Shown piece after piece: positions 19,539 to 29,316 of a stretch of DNA of 64,000 nucleotides. The DNA lies in contig CAILLO010000036.1 in NCBI GenBank assembly GCA_903835065.1, positions 44,342 through 108,341 of the forward strand. Direction: 5' to 3'. The first letter of the stretch is position 1; every line of letters starts with the position of its first letter. A program made the translations under genes and the position numbers. Under the pieces are notes generated by a model. The model saw nothing but the letters and a program-made list of their open reading frames with translations, did not search any database and was not told where the DNA came from. Origin of the DNA: an uncultured Eubacteriales bacterium (GTDB lineage Bacteria; Bacillota; Clostridia; Saccharofermentanales; UBA5734).

Positions 19539-19907
19539 ATGGGATTCTGCTGGACCACGATCCAGGTCGCCGACCTCGAGAAGTCGATCGCCTTCTACCG
19601 CGACGTCGTCGGGCTTCCGCTGGTGCGGCGCTTCGTCGGCGGCCCCGGCGTGGAGCTCGCGTTCCTCGGCGACGGTCCGACCCAGGTCGAGCTGATCTGC
19701 GCCCCCGGACGGAAGACGCCCGGACGCGTCGAGGGCGTGACGCTCGGATTCGAGGTCGCCTCGCTCGAACCGCGGATGGCCCTCACCGCCGCCCACGGAT
19801 ATCCCGTCGACAAGGGTCCGTTCTCCCCGAACCCGTCGATGCGCTTCTTCTATGTGCGTGACCCCGACGGCGTGGAAGTCCAGTTCGTCGAGAACCTGAA
19901 GGCGTAG
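19539..19907 (+). CDS. VOC/glyoxalase-family protein
   Basis: VADLEKSIAFYRDVVG, FFYVRDPDGVEVQF; GAGGAGG RBS. Confidence 0.9.
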   Translation: MGFCWTTIQVADLEKSIAFYRDVVGLPLVRRFVGGPGVELAFLGDGPTQVELICAPGRKTPGRVEGVTLGFEVASLEPRMALTAAHGYPVDKGPFSPNPSMRFFYVRDPDGVEVQFVENLKA

Positions 19908-19909
19908 AT

Positions 19910-21073
19910 ATGAATTTCCGCGCCCTGTTCCTCCTACCCGCCGGAGAGAAGGAGGGCACGCTGAAGGAAGCGCGCGGCGTCAATCTGCAGCGCGTTTGGA
20001 TGACCGCCGGGATGGTCGCGGCGCTCGACCTGGCCTACTTTCTCTGGTTCCTGTTCATGCCGGAGGGCGCGTCCCCGGTCGAGCGGCAGTGGGGCGAGTC
20101 CATCCAGACGATCCACTTCGTCTCGCTGCTCGTGATGCTGCTCTTCTTCGGCGTCGCGACCTGGCTGCGGCGCAGGAAGACGGGAATGGGCGTCCAGTTC
20201 CTGCTGGAGGCCCTCTTCCTGGTCTGGGTGCTGTCGCTCGGCATTTCGCTCGCCACCGCCGACCAGCGCGTCACGAACAACATCACGCCGTTCCTCGTGG
20301 CCTGCGTCGCCGTCGGGGCTCTCTTCCACCTGCGCCCGCCCGTCGCGCTGACGATCTTCGCGCTCGCCGCCCTCGACTTCTCGCTTTCCCTGGGCCTCAC
20401 GCAGGACGACCCCGCCCTGCTGCTGTCGAACCGGATCAACGGCATCACGACCTGCATCCTGGGATTCGGGATCTCGTACGCCTTCTGGAGGTCCTTCCTC
20501 CAGCGCCGGATCCAGCGCGTCCGCATCGAGTCGCAGGCCGAGGAGCTCGCCCGCGTGAACGGGGAGCTCGCCGAAATGGCCTTCCACGACCCGCTGACCG
20601 GTCTCCCCAACCGCCGGCACCTCGACGAACGCGTCCGCACCGAGGCCGCCGCCGCCCGCCGCCGCGGCACGACGTCCTGCCTGATCGAGCTCGACCTCGA
20701 CCTGTTCAAGAACATCAACGACCGGTACGGCCACCCCGCCGGGGACGAAGTGCTCCGGCGCGTCGCCGCCCTCCTGACCGCGGCCGTCCGCGCGTCGGAC
20801 ACGGTCTCGCGGCTCGGTGGCGAGGAATTCATGGTCCTGTGCCCCGACACGACCCGCGCCGGCGCCCACGCCCTCGCCGAGAAGCTCCGCGAGCGCCTCG
20901 CGTCCGCCGCCTTCGAGGTCGACGGGCACGTCCTGCACGTCACGGCCAGCTTCGGCGTCTCGGTCCTGCCCGTCGAGGAGGGCCGAGACCCCATCCAGGG
21001 CTACGGCGAGGCCGACAAGGCGCTGTACCGCGCGAAGAGCGGCGGGCGCGACCGTGTGGAGGAGGCGCCGTAG
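19910..21073 (+). CDS. Membrane-bound diguanylate cyclase (GGDEF)
   Basis: About 6 TM segments, DPLTGLPNRR, DLDLFKNINDRYGH, RASD I-site, GGEEF. Confidence 0.93.
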   Translation: MNFRALFLLPAGEKEGTLKEARGVNLQRVWMTAGMVAALDLAYFLWFLFMPEGASPVERQWGESIQTIHFVSLLVMLLFFGVATWLRRRKTGMGVQFLLEALFLVWVLSLGISLATADQRVTNNITPFLVACVAVGALFHLRPPVALTIFALAALDFSLSLGLTQDDPALLLSNRINGITTCILGFGISYAFWRSFLQRRIQRVRIESQAEELARVNGELAEMAFHDPLTGLPNRRHLDERVRTEAAAARRRGTTSCLIELDLDLFKNINDRYGHPAGDEVLRRVAALLTAAVRASDTVSRLGGEEFMVLCPDTTRAGAHALAEKLRERLASAAFEVDGHVLHVTASFGVSVLPVEEGRDPIQGYGEADKALYRAKSGGRDRVEEAP

Positions 21074-21220
21074 ACGCCGGACGGCCGCCGTTCCTTGCCC
21101 GGGCCGGGCGCTCGGGTCCGTCGTGTGATAGGATGGGCGGGTAGGGACCGAAAGGGATCGACCGGGGGTGAAGCGCTCCCGGCCGCGTTTCCGCGTACCC
21201 GTCCGGTCGGAGGGAGACCC

Positions 21221-24200
21221 ATGGAGGACCTGTTCCAGACGCTGTCGAAGGACGCGGGCTATCGTCGCCTGCTGGCGGAGCTGTCGGCGCGCCGCGGCCC
21301 CGTCAACGTCACGGGCCCCGCCGACCCGCAGAAGGCCTTCCTGTGCGCCGCGCTCGCCGCGGACGCCGGCGTGCGTCCCGTCGTCCTCGTGTCCGACGAA
21401 CTGCGCGCCCGCGCCGCCGCCGAGGACCTGCGCGCCTTCACCGACCGCGACGTGCTGGTCTTCCGGCCGCGCGAGCTCGGACTCGCCGAGACCGAGGCCT
21501 CGAGCCACGAGTCCGAGCACGACCGCATCGGCGTCCTCGACCGACTGCTCGCCGACGCGCCCGACTACGGTGCCGTCGTCGTCGTCGCCTCCGCGGCGCT
21601 GCAGAAGCTGCCGCCCGTCGCCGACTTCCGCGCCGCCCGCCTGACCGTCGCCCCCGGCGACGCCTTCGACCCCGTCGACTTCGGCGCACGCCTGACCGCG
21701 CTCGGCTACGAGCGCGTCCGCCTCGTCGAGGGGCCGGGGCAGTTCGCGCTGCGCGGCGACGTCCTCGACGTGGCGCCGGTCGGACGCCCGGGTTGCGACG
21801 GGCCGGAGGGCCGCGCCGTGCGCATCCGCTTCGACGGCGACACGGTCGACCAGGTCAAGGAGTTCGAGATCTCCGGGCAGCGCTCCGTCGAGATGCTGCG
21901 CAGCCTGTCGATCCCGCAGGCCCACGAGGTGCTCCCGCCCCGCAGGGCCGAGGGGCTGGAGGCCGCCCGCGAGGCCCTGCGCGAGGCCGCGGACGGGACC
22001 GGCGCGGGCGTCGAGCGGACGCTGGCCGACCGCGTGCTGGAAGAGGGCCGGCGCGCCGCGCACGACGCCGTCGCCTCGGGCGCCGACGCGGCCGCGGCCG
22101 ACGCGATGCGCCGCACGGCCCGGCGGGACGCGGACCGCATCGAGGGCGGGGCGCTGTTCTCCGGGATGGACCGCTGGATCCCGCTGCTGTGGGAGGAACC
22201 CGCCAACGTGCTGGACTACGCGGCCGCCGGCGGCGCGACGCTGTTCGTCGACGAGCCGATCCGCGTGCGCCAGCGCATGGACGCCGCCCAGGCCGACCTC
22301 GCCGAGCGCCTCAAGACGCTGATGGAGAAGGGGCAGGTGCTGCCCGTGACGGCCGGCGTCTCGTTCCGCGGCGCGGACGCGATGATCCGCATCGACCGCA
22401 TCGCCCGCAAGGGCCTCGCCGTGTCGCTGTGTTCGATCGGCTCGTCGGGCAACGGCCTGCCGGGCGGCGCCGAGGTCGCGATCCCCGGCCGCGCGTCGGA
22501 GCACTACCGCGGGCAGGTCGACAAGCTCGCCGCCGTCGCGAAGGACCGCTCCGCGCGGGGCCTCCGCACCTGGATCTTCGCGGGCAGCCCGACGCGCGCC
22601 GCCCGCCTGTCCGAGGAGCTCGCCGCCGCCGGCGCCGACGCCGGCCGGGTGACCGTCCTTGACCGCACGCTGACGCTGGGCTTCGAGTCGCCGGGCGCCG
22701 GCATGCTGTGCATCGGCGGGCACGACGTCTTCGGCGCCGACCGCCCGCGCCGCCGCCGCCGGCACGCCGGCATGAAGATCGACCTGTTCAGCGACCTGTC
22801 GCCCGGCGACCTCGTCGTGCACGAGGCGCACGGAATCGGGCGCTACGAGGGCCTGACCTCGCTCGAGGCGAGCGGGGCGAAGCGCGACTACCTCAAGATC
22901 GCCTACGGGGGCGAGGACACGCTCTTCATCCCGATGGAGGCGCTGGACCAGATCCAGAAGTACGTCGGCGCCGAGGGCCGCGTGCCCAAGCTGTCCAAGC
23001 TGGGCGGCAAGGAGTGGGAGAAGCTCAAGGACCGGGCGCGCGAATCGGTCAAGAAACTCGCGGCCGACCTCGTGAAGCTCTACGCGGAGCGTGCGGCGGT
23101 CAAGGGGCACCCGTTCGCGCCCGACACGGTGTGGCAGCGCGAGTTCGAGGAGAACTTCCCGTTCGAGGAGACGGAGGACCAGCTGCGCAGCATCGAGGAG
23201 ATCAAGCGCGACATGGAGTCCGAGAAGGTGATGGACCGCATCCTATGCGGCGACGTCGGCTTCGGCAAGACCGAGGTGGCGTTCCGCGCGATCTTCAAGT
23301 GCGTGACCGACGGCAAGCAGGCCGCCATGCTCGCGCCGACGACCGTCCTCACGCAGCAGCACTACGAGAACCTCGTGCGGCGCCTCGAGGGCTTCCCCGT
23401 GAAGGTCGGCCTGCTCAGCCGCTTCGCGACCGAGACGCACCAGAAGGAGGCGCTGCGCGGCGCGCGCACGGGCGCCGTCGACGTGGTCGTCGGGACGCAC
23501 CGCCTGCTGTCGAAGGACGTGCAGTTCAAGGATCTCGGCCTGCTGGTCGTGGACGAGGAGCAGCGCTTCGGCGTCGACCACAAGGAGGCGCTGAAGGTGA
23601 TCCGCCCCGACGTCGACGTGCTGACGCTGACCGCGACCCCGATTCCGCGCACGCTGCACATGTCGCTGTCGGGCATAAGGGATATCTCGGTGCTCGAGGA
23701 GCCGCCGCACGACCGCATGCCGGTCCAGACCTATGTCATGGAGTTCGACGAGGAGATCGTGACCGAGGCCATGCTGCGCGAGATCACGCGGCGCGGCCAG
23801 GTCTTCTACCTGTTCAACGACACGCGGCGCATCGCCGACAAGGCCGCCGAGATCGCGAGGCACCTGCCCGGCGCCCGCGTCGTGTACGCGCACGGCAAGA
23901 TGGGGGAGCGCGAGCTCGAGGACGTGATCTCCGCCTTCACGCGCGACGAGTACGACATCCTCGTCTGCACCACGATCATCGAATCGGGCATCGACATGCC
24001 CAACGTCAACACCATCGTCGTCGAGGACGCCGACCGCCTCGGCCTCGCGCAGCTCTACCAGCTCCGCGGGCGCGTGGGGCGCAGCGACCGCCAGGCCTAC
24101 GCCTACGTCACCTACCGGCGCGACAAGGTGCTGACCGAGCAGTCGGAGAAGCGCCTGTCCGCGATCCGCGACTTCACCGAGCTGGGGGCGGGCTTCAAGA

Positions 24201-24802
24201 TCGCCCTCCGGGACCTCGAGGTCCGAGGGGCGGGCAATCTCCTCGGAGCCGAGCAGCACGGGCACCTCGACGCGGTCGGCTACGACCTCTACTGCCGCAT
24301 GCTGGAGGAGGCCATCCTCGAGGAGAAGGGCGAGACGAAGGCCGTGACCGCGCAGGCGGCCGTGGACCTCGCGATCGACGCCTACCTCCCGACGGCCTAC
24401 GTGCCCGACGAGGGCCAGCGGATGGACATGTACCGCCGCATCGCGACGATCTCGACCGCCGAGGAGCGCTCCGACGTGCTCGACGAGCTCGAGGACCGCT
24501 ACGGCGACCTGCCCTCGCAGGCAGGCACGCTGGCCGACATCGCCTACGTGCGCGCGGCGGCGGGGCGCCTGGGCTTCTCGCGCGTGTCGCAGAACGCGGG
24601 CGGCGTGCTGCTGGCGTTCGCCGAGTCGCGCAAGCCCGACATGGGGATGCTGTCGAAGGCGATGAACCTGCCCGCCTTCAAGGGCCGCCTGCTGTTCAAC
24701 GCCGGGACGAAGCCGTACCTGCTGTTCCGCGGCGCGGCGTCGGACAAGGCGACGGCGACGCAGGCCGTGCGGGGATTGCTCGAGGCCTTGGAATCGGCCT
24801 GA
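21221..24802 (+). CDS. mfd: Transcription-repair coupling factor
   Basis: VVHEAHGIGRY (RID), GDVGFGKT, DEEQRFGV, TATPIPRT, QLRGRVGR, TRG motif. Confidence 0.97.
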   Translation: MEDLFQTLSKDAGYRRLLAELSARRGPVNVTGPADPQKAFLCAALAADAGVRPVVLVSDELRARAAAEDLRAFTDRDVLVFRPRELGLAETEASSHESEHDRIGVLDRLLADAPDYGAVVVVASAALQKLPPVADFRAARLTVAPGDAFDPVDFGARLTALGYERVRLVEGPGQFALRGDVLDVAPVGRPGCDGPEGRAVRIRFDGDTVDQVKEFEISGQRSVEMLRSLSIPQAHEVLPPRRAEGLEAAREALREAADGTGAGVERTLADRVLEEGRRAAHDAVASGADAAAADAMRRTARRDADRIEGGALFSGMDRWIPLLWEEPANVLDYAAAGGATLFVDEPIRVRQRMDAAQADLAERLKTLMEKGQVLPVTAGVSFRGADAMIRIDRIARKGLAVSLCSIGSSGNGLPGGAEVAIPGRASEHYRGQVDKLAAVAKDRSARGLRTWIFAGSPTRAARLSEELAAAGADAGRVTVLDRTLTLGFESPGAGMLCIGGHDVFGADRPRRRRRHAGMKIDLFSDLSPGDLVVHEAHGIGRYEGLTSLEASGAKRDYLKIAYGGEDTLFIPMEALDQIQKYVGAEGRVPKLSKLGGKEWEKLKDRARESVKKLAADLVKLYAERAAVKGHPFAPDTVWQREFEENFPFEETEDQLRSIEEIKRDMESEKVMDRILCGDVGFGKTEVAFRAIFKCVTDGKQAAMLAPTTVLTQQHYENLVRRLEGFPVKVGLLSRFATETHQKEALRGARTGAVDVVVGTHRLLSKDVQFKDLGLLVVDEEQRFGVDHKEALKVIRPDVDVLTLTATPIPRTLHMSLSGIRDISVLEEPPHDRMPVQTYVMEFDEEIVTEAMLREITRRGQVFYLFNDTRRIADKAAEIARHLPGARVVYAHGKMGERELEDVISAFTRDEYDILVCTTIIESGIDMPNVNTIVVEDADRLGLAQLYQLRGRVGRSDRQAYAYVTYRRDKVLTEQSEKRLSAIRDFTELGAGFKIALRDLEVRGAGNLLGAEQHGHLDAVGYDLYCRMLEEAILEEKGETKAVTAQAAVDLAIDAYLPTAYVPDEGQRMDMYRRIATISTAEERSDVLDELEDRYGDLPSQAGTLADIAYVRAAAGRLGFSRVSQNAGGVLLAFAESRKPDMGMLSKAMNLPAFKGRLLFNAGTKPYLLFRGAASDKATATQAVRGLLEALESA

Positions 24803-24820
24803 CGGGAAGGGGAGGACGAC

Positions 24821-25783
24821 ATGAGGATCGTGGTGCTGGACGGGTACGTGGTGAACCCGGGCGATCTGGACTGGGGCGTGCTGTCGCGGCTCGCGGAATC
24901 CGGCGGATTCGCCGTGCACGACCGGACGGCGAAGGAGTTCGTCGTGGAACGGATCGGCGACGCCGAGGCCATCTTCACGAACAAGACCCCGCTGCCCCGC
25001 GAGACGCTCGCCGCGGCGCCGCGCCTGAAGTACGTCGGAGTGCTCGCGACGGGCTACAACGTGATCGACCTCGCGGCGGCGAACGACCTCGGCCTCGTCG
25101 TGACCAACGTGCCCGGCTACGCTACGGAGGCCGTCGCGCAGCACGTCTTCGCGCTGCTGCTCGAGGTAGCGAGCCGCGTCGGACTGCACGACGCCTGCGT
25201 CCACGGCGGCGAGTGGGCCGCCTGCAAGGACTTCGCCTTCTTCCGCGCGCCCATGTTCGAGCTGGCCGGCAAGACGCTGGGCATCGTGGGCTACGGCACG
25301 ATCGGCCGGGCCGTGGCGCGCGTCGCGGCGGCCTTCGGCATGCGGGTGATCGCGAGCCGGACGAGGCCCTTCGAGCCGGACGGGTTCGCGACTCCCGCGA
25401 CCTTCGACGAGGTGCTCGCGCAGTCCGACGTCGTGACGCTGCACTGCCCGCTGACCGAGGCGACGCGGGGGCTCATGGACCGGTCGGCGTTCGAGCGGAT
25501 GAAGCCCGGGAGCCTCCTGATCAACACCGCGCGCGGACCGGTCGTCGTCGAGGCGGACCTCGCCGATGCGCTGCGCTCGGGGCGGCTCGCCGCCGCCGCC
25601 GTCGACGTGCTGTCGCGCGAACCGGCCGACCCGGACGACCCGCTGCTGACCGCGCCGAATTGCTGGATCACCCCGCACATCGCCTGGGCGCCGCGCGAGA
25701 CGCGGGCGCGCCTGCTGGCGCGGGCGTCGGACAACCTCGCGGCGTTCCAGGCCGGTCGGCCCGTGAACGTCGTGCGGAGCTAG
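24821..25783 (+). CDS. D-2-hydroxyacid dehydrogenase (glycerate dehydrogenase-like)
   Basis: ATGYN, GYGTIG, LHCPLT, INTARG, TPHIAWA. Confidence 0.92.
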   Translation: MRIVVLDGYVVNPGDLDWGVLSRLAESGGFAVHDRTAKEFVVERIGDAEAIFTNKTPLPRETLAAAPRLKYVGVLATGYNVIDLAAANDLGLVVTNVPGYATEAVAQHVFALLLEVASRVGLHDACVHGGEWAACKDFAFFRAPMFELAGKTLGIVGYGTIGRAVARVAAAFGMRVIASRTRPFEPDGFATPATFDEVLAQSDVVTLHCPLTEATRGLMDRSAFERMKPGSLLINTARGPVVVEADLADALRSGRLAAAAVDVLSREPADPDDPLLTAPNCWITPHIAWAPRETRARLLARASDNLAAFQAGRPVNVVRS

Positions 25784-25786
25784 GGA

Positions 25787-26761
25787 ATGGACCGGAACGA
25801 CAGGATCCTGGGCGGCGTGGCGGGCGTGGTCGTCGGCGACGCGCTGGGGCTGCCCGTGCAGTTCGAGACGCGGGCCGAGGTGCGGGCGCATCCGATCGTC
25901 GGCATGCGCGGACACGGCACGTTCGACCTTCCGGCGGGCTCCTGGTCGGACGACGGGTCGATGACCCTGTGCACCGCCCTCGCCCTGACGGAGCGCGGGT
26001 TCGACCCCGCCGCCCTCGCGGACCGCTTCGTGCGCTGGTACCGGGACGGCGACGTGACGCCCTTCGGCCACGCCTACGACATCGGCAACGCGACCGACAC
26101 CGCGATGCGTGCCCTGGAACGCGGGACGCCTCCGCTGTCGGCCGGCCCGAAGAGCGTGTACAACAACGGCAACGGTTCGCTCATGCGCATCCTGCCCGTC
26201 GCGCTATATGCGGCGAACCTGCCCGACGCGGAGCTCGTGCGCACCGTGTCGGACGCCTCGCGCATCACGCACGGCCACCCGCGCAGCCAGCTCGGCTGCG
26301 TCCTCTGCGCGCTGCTGGTGCGCGAACTGCTCGCCGGCGCCGCGCCGGAGGCCGCATACCGAGCGCTGTGCGACGGCGCCGCGGCCGCGGTCGCGGGCAC
26401 GGGGCTCGAGGCTGAACGGCCCGCCTACCGCCGCGTGCTGGACGGCGGACTCGCGGCGCTGCCCGAGGCGGAGATCTCGGGGTCCGGCTACGTCGTCCAC
26501 ACCCTCGAGGCCGCGCTGTGGGCGCTGCTCACGACCCGAAGCTACGAGGACGCCCTGCTGCGCGCGGTCAACCTCGGCGAGGACACCGACACGGTCGGCG
26601 CCGTCTGCGGCGGCCTCGCGGGCGTCCGCTACGGGCTGTCCGGCATCCCCGCCGGCTGGCGCGCCGCCCTCGTCCGCGGCGACGAGATCGACGCCTGGGT
26701 CCGCGCGTTTGCCGCCGCCGTTCCGGGCGCCGGCGCCGCGACCGCCGAATCCGCCCCGTGA
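25787..26761 (+). CDS. ADP-ribosylglycohydrolase family protein
   Basis: GDALG, WSDDGSM, GNGSLMR, DTDTVGA. Confidence 0.93.
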   Translation: MDRNDRILGGVAGVVVGDALGLPVQFETRAEVRAHPIVGMRGHGTFDLPAGSWSDDGSMTLCTALALTERGFDPAALADRFVRWYRDGDVTPFGHAYDIGNATDTAMRALERGTPPLSAGPKSVYNNGNGSLMRILPVALYAANLPDAELVRTVSDASRITHGHPRSQLGCVLCALLVRELLAGAAPEAAYRALCDGAAAAVAGTGLEAERPAYRRVLDGGLAALPEAEISGSGYVVHTLEAALWALLTTRSYEDALLRAVNLGEDTDTVGAVCGGLAGVRYGLSGIPAGWRAALVRGDEIDAWVRAFAAAVPGAGAATAESAP

Positions 26762-28041
26762 CCCGCTCCTCGCCGCGCCCCGCGACCGCCGGCCGCCCCG
26801 GCCGCCTCGAGATGCGCCGCACGCGCACGCTCTCGATCTTCGAGGGCATGACCGCGCGCTCCATCTTCAACCTCACCAGCGGCGCCTTCCTCGCCGGCTA
26901 CGCGCGCCTGCTCGGCGCGGACGACGGCACGGCCGGCCTGCTGGGCGCCGTCCCGATCCTGGCCGGGATGGCCTCCCTGGTCTCGCCCATCGTCCTCGAG
27001 CGACTGCACCGCCGCAAGCCACTGATCGTCTGGTTCAACTTCCTCGGACGCCTGGGCCTCGCCTTCCCGGTCGCGCTGCCCTGGATCGCCCGCACGGACG
27101 GCGCGCGCCTGACCTGGCTGGTCGTCTCGTACCTCGTCGCCAACCTCCTGCTCATGTTCTTGTCGCCGGCCGCGTCCGCCTGGGTCGTCGACTTCACGCC
27201 CGTCCGGGTCCGCGCCCGCTACTTCGCCCGCCGCGAAGCCTGGGTCATCGGCACGGCCACCCTCGCCAGCGTCGCCCTGAGTGTGGTCCTCGACTGGCGC
27301 AAGGGCGCGGGCGACGCCGCCAGCGGCTTCGCGATCCTGTTCGCCACCGTGCTGGCCCTCTCGTTCGTCAACTCTTCCTTCCTCGTGCGGATGAAGGAGG
27401 TCCCGAAAGAGGGCCCGCTCCATCCGCCGCGCCTGCGCGACCCGCTCGTCCTGCCCTTCGCCGACCCGCGCTACCGCAGGCTGCTCGCCGTCGTGCTGCT
27501 GTGGAGCTTCGGCTACCAGACGGCGCTGCCGTTCACCTCGGTGTATCTGGTCTCCGGCCTCGGCCTCGACTACGTCGTCGCGACGGCCTTCGCCGCGGGC
27601 ACCGCCCTGGCCAGCGTCCTCGCCGCGCGCATGTGGGGGCGGATGGCCGACCGCACGTCGTGGATCGCCCTGATGCGCTGGATGGTGCTGCTGCAGGCCA
27701 TCTCCTGCGTCTTCTGGTTCTTCACCGACCGCTCGACCATGGCGTTCACGCTGCCTTTCGCGGCCCTCGCCACCGGCGGAATGATCTCGGGCATGAACAT
27801 CTCCCTGCTGAACCTGCAGTACGACTACGCGCCGGAGCGCAACCGCACCGTGTACATCGGCACGCTGACCGCCGTGAACGGCGTCGCCGGCTTCGCGGGC
27901 GCCCTGTTCGGCGCCGCGGTGCTGCGCGCGATCGGGGACGGCGGCATCCGCTGGGTCTTCCTGCTGTCGGCGGTCCTGCTCGTCGCCGCGGCGGGCGCGT
28001 CGGCGCTGTTCTTCAAGAAGGGGACGGAAGCGGCGCCCTGA
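26758..28041 (+). CDS. MFS transporter
   Basis: About 12 TM segments, WGRMADR loop motif; GTG start overlaps the previous stop (ATG at 26812 is an alternative). Confidence 0.85.
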   Translation: MTRSSPRPATAGRPGRLEMRRTRTLSIFEGMTARSIFNLTSGAFLAGYARLLGADDGTAGLLGAVPILAGMASLVSPIVLERLHRRKPLIVWFNFLGRLGLAFPVALPWIARTDGARLTWLVVSYLVANLLLMFLSPAASAWVVDFTPVRVRARYFARREAWVIGTATLASVALSVVLDWRKGAGDAASGFAILFATVLALSFVNSSFLVRMKEVPKEGPLHPPRLRDPLVLPFADPRYRRLLAVVLLWSFGYQTALPFTSVYLVSGLGLDYVVATAFAAGTALASVLAARMWGRMADRTSWIALMRWMVLLQAISCVFWFFTDRSTMAFTLPFAALATGGMISGMNISLLNLQYDYAPERNRTVYIGTLTAVNGVAGFAGALFGAAVLRAIGDGGIRWVFLLSAVLLVAAAGASALFFKKGTEAAP

Positions 28042-28281
28042 AATGCCGGAGCGTCTTTGGGGATCGTATCGCGACTCGTTCACGGTCGCCGCCATCACGA
28101 ACAGCTCGGGCACTCCGAACGAAGACAAGACCGTCGAGAAGACCGGTCTCCCGAAAGACGCTCATTTGCGTGAAGCCATGGAGGATCATTATCCTCGGAG
28201 GGCAGGACTCATGATGGGTGGTACTGCTTGTCAAGCGGGAGTCCTTTCATGGAGTGGATTCACACAAGATAAGAAGCCAAA

Positions 28282-28310
28282 AAAACAGGGGAGGTTTTCT
28301 CCCCTGTTTT
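28282..28310. terminator. Bidirectional intrinsic terminator
   Basis: AAAACAGGGGAG-GTTTT-CTCCCCTGTTTT between convergent genes. Confidence 0.85.
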
Positions 28311-28329
28311 CTCAGAATCAAGGTTGGGC

Positions 28330-28869
28330 TTAGGAGGCCTTGACCTCCTGGACCCCGGTGACGCTGCTGGTGGCGTCCATCACGAATGAAGCTTTGATCG
28401 CGTCGCTCTGGAAGTAGATGTTCCCCTCTACCTTCGCGTCGATCAGCTGGAAGCCCACGACGTCCACGTACAGGTCGCCCTTGAAAGTGCCGTGCTGGAT
28501 ACTGGCCACGGCACTCTTGATCGTCAGGCTCTTCGCGGACAGGGTGTAGCGTGCAGTGATATTTCGGTCGGCGTCCTGGGCATAGAGCGCGATCTTGCGC
28601 TGCAACAGGTCTTTGCCATCCGTATCCTTCTTGCCATTCTTGAAGTCGCCTTCGAGTACCAGGTCCTTATCGATCGTGAGGTCCTTCGTGATGGCGATGA
28701 TCCAGGTGCCGGTCGTGCCGATGGCCTTCTCGAAAGCCGTGGCGTTGTCGACGATGGACGCTGAACCAACAGCATCCGTGACAACAGGGGTTGCCGCCGG
28801 ACTGCAACTGGCAAGCAGAATCGACACGGCCATGATGGAGACGATATAGAGTGCGCTTCTCGATTTCAT
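28330..28869 (-). CDS. Lipoprotein of unknown function, beta-rich
   Basis: Lipobox LLASC; strong AGGAGGAGG RBS and upstream TATAAT on the minus strand. Confidence 0.85.
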   Translation of the reverse strand: MKSRSALYIVSIMAVSILLASCSPAATPVVTDAVGSASIVDNATAFEKAIGTTGTWIIAITKDLTIDKDLVLEGDFKNGKKDTDGKDLLQRKIALYAQDADRNITARYTLSAKSLTIKSAVASIQHGTFKGDLYVDVVGFQLIDAKVEGNIYFQSDAIKASFVMDATSSVTGVQEVKAS

Positions 28870-29316
28870 TCTTTTCCTCCTCCTGCCAAACGGGGCTTAC
28901 AAAACGATTATAGCTTGTCGGTGTCGAGGGAAGATGCCGCATGTTACGTAACGATAGCACAAAACCACGGATATATAGTGAAATAAAGCGTAGTACGTGC
29001 CGACGTCATCATATTCGTCCCCGATAGAGAACAGACGGCGTTTTGGTACCGATAATGGATTCAGGCAAAGCGAATGTAGAAGGACTCGTCCACGGAGCAC
29101 GCCCGGATCATCGGTCCGATTCTGATGTAGGGTTCCGTGAAATCCTGCTCGCTGTTCGACCGAAATCCGGTCAAGGCAGATTTTATGAAATCAGGAAGCG
29201 GCAGTCGACGACAGCCGGCCGAACCCGTCCGGAAAGTCGCCAGGACGGCGGATGGTATAATCGGGGCAAGGGACGCGAACCCGCAGTGGTTGCGGTCGTC
29301 CCGCAAGGAGCCCCTC

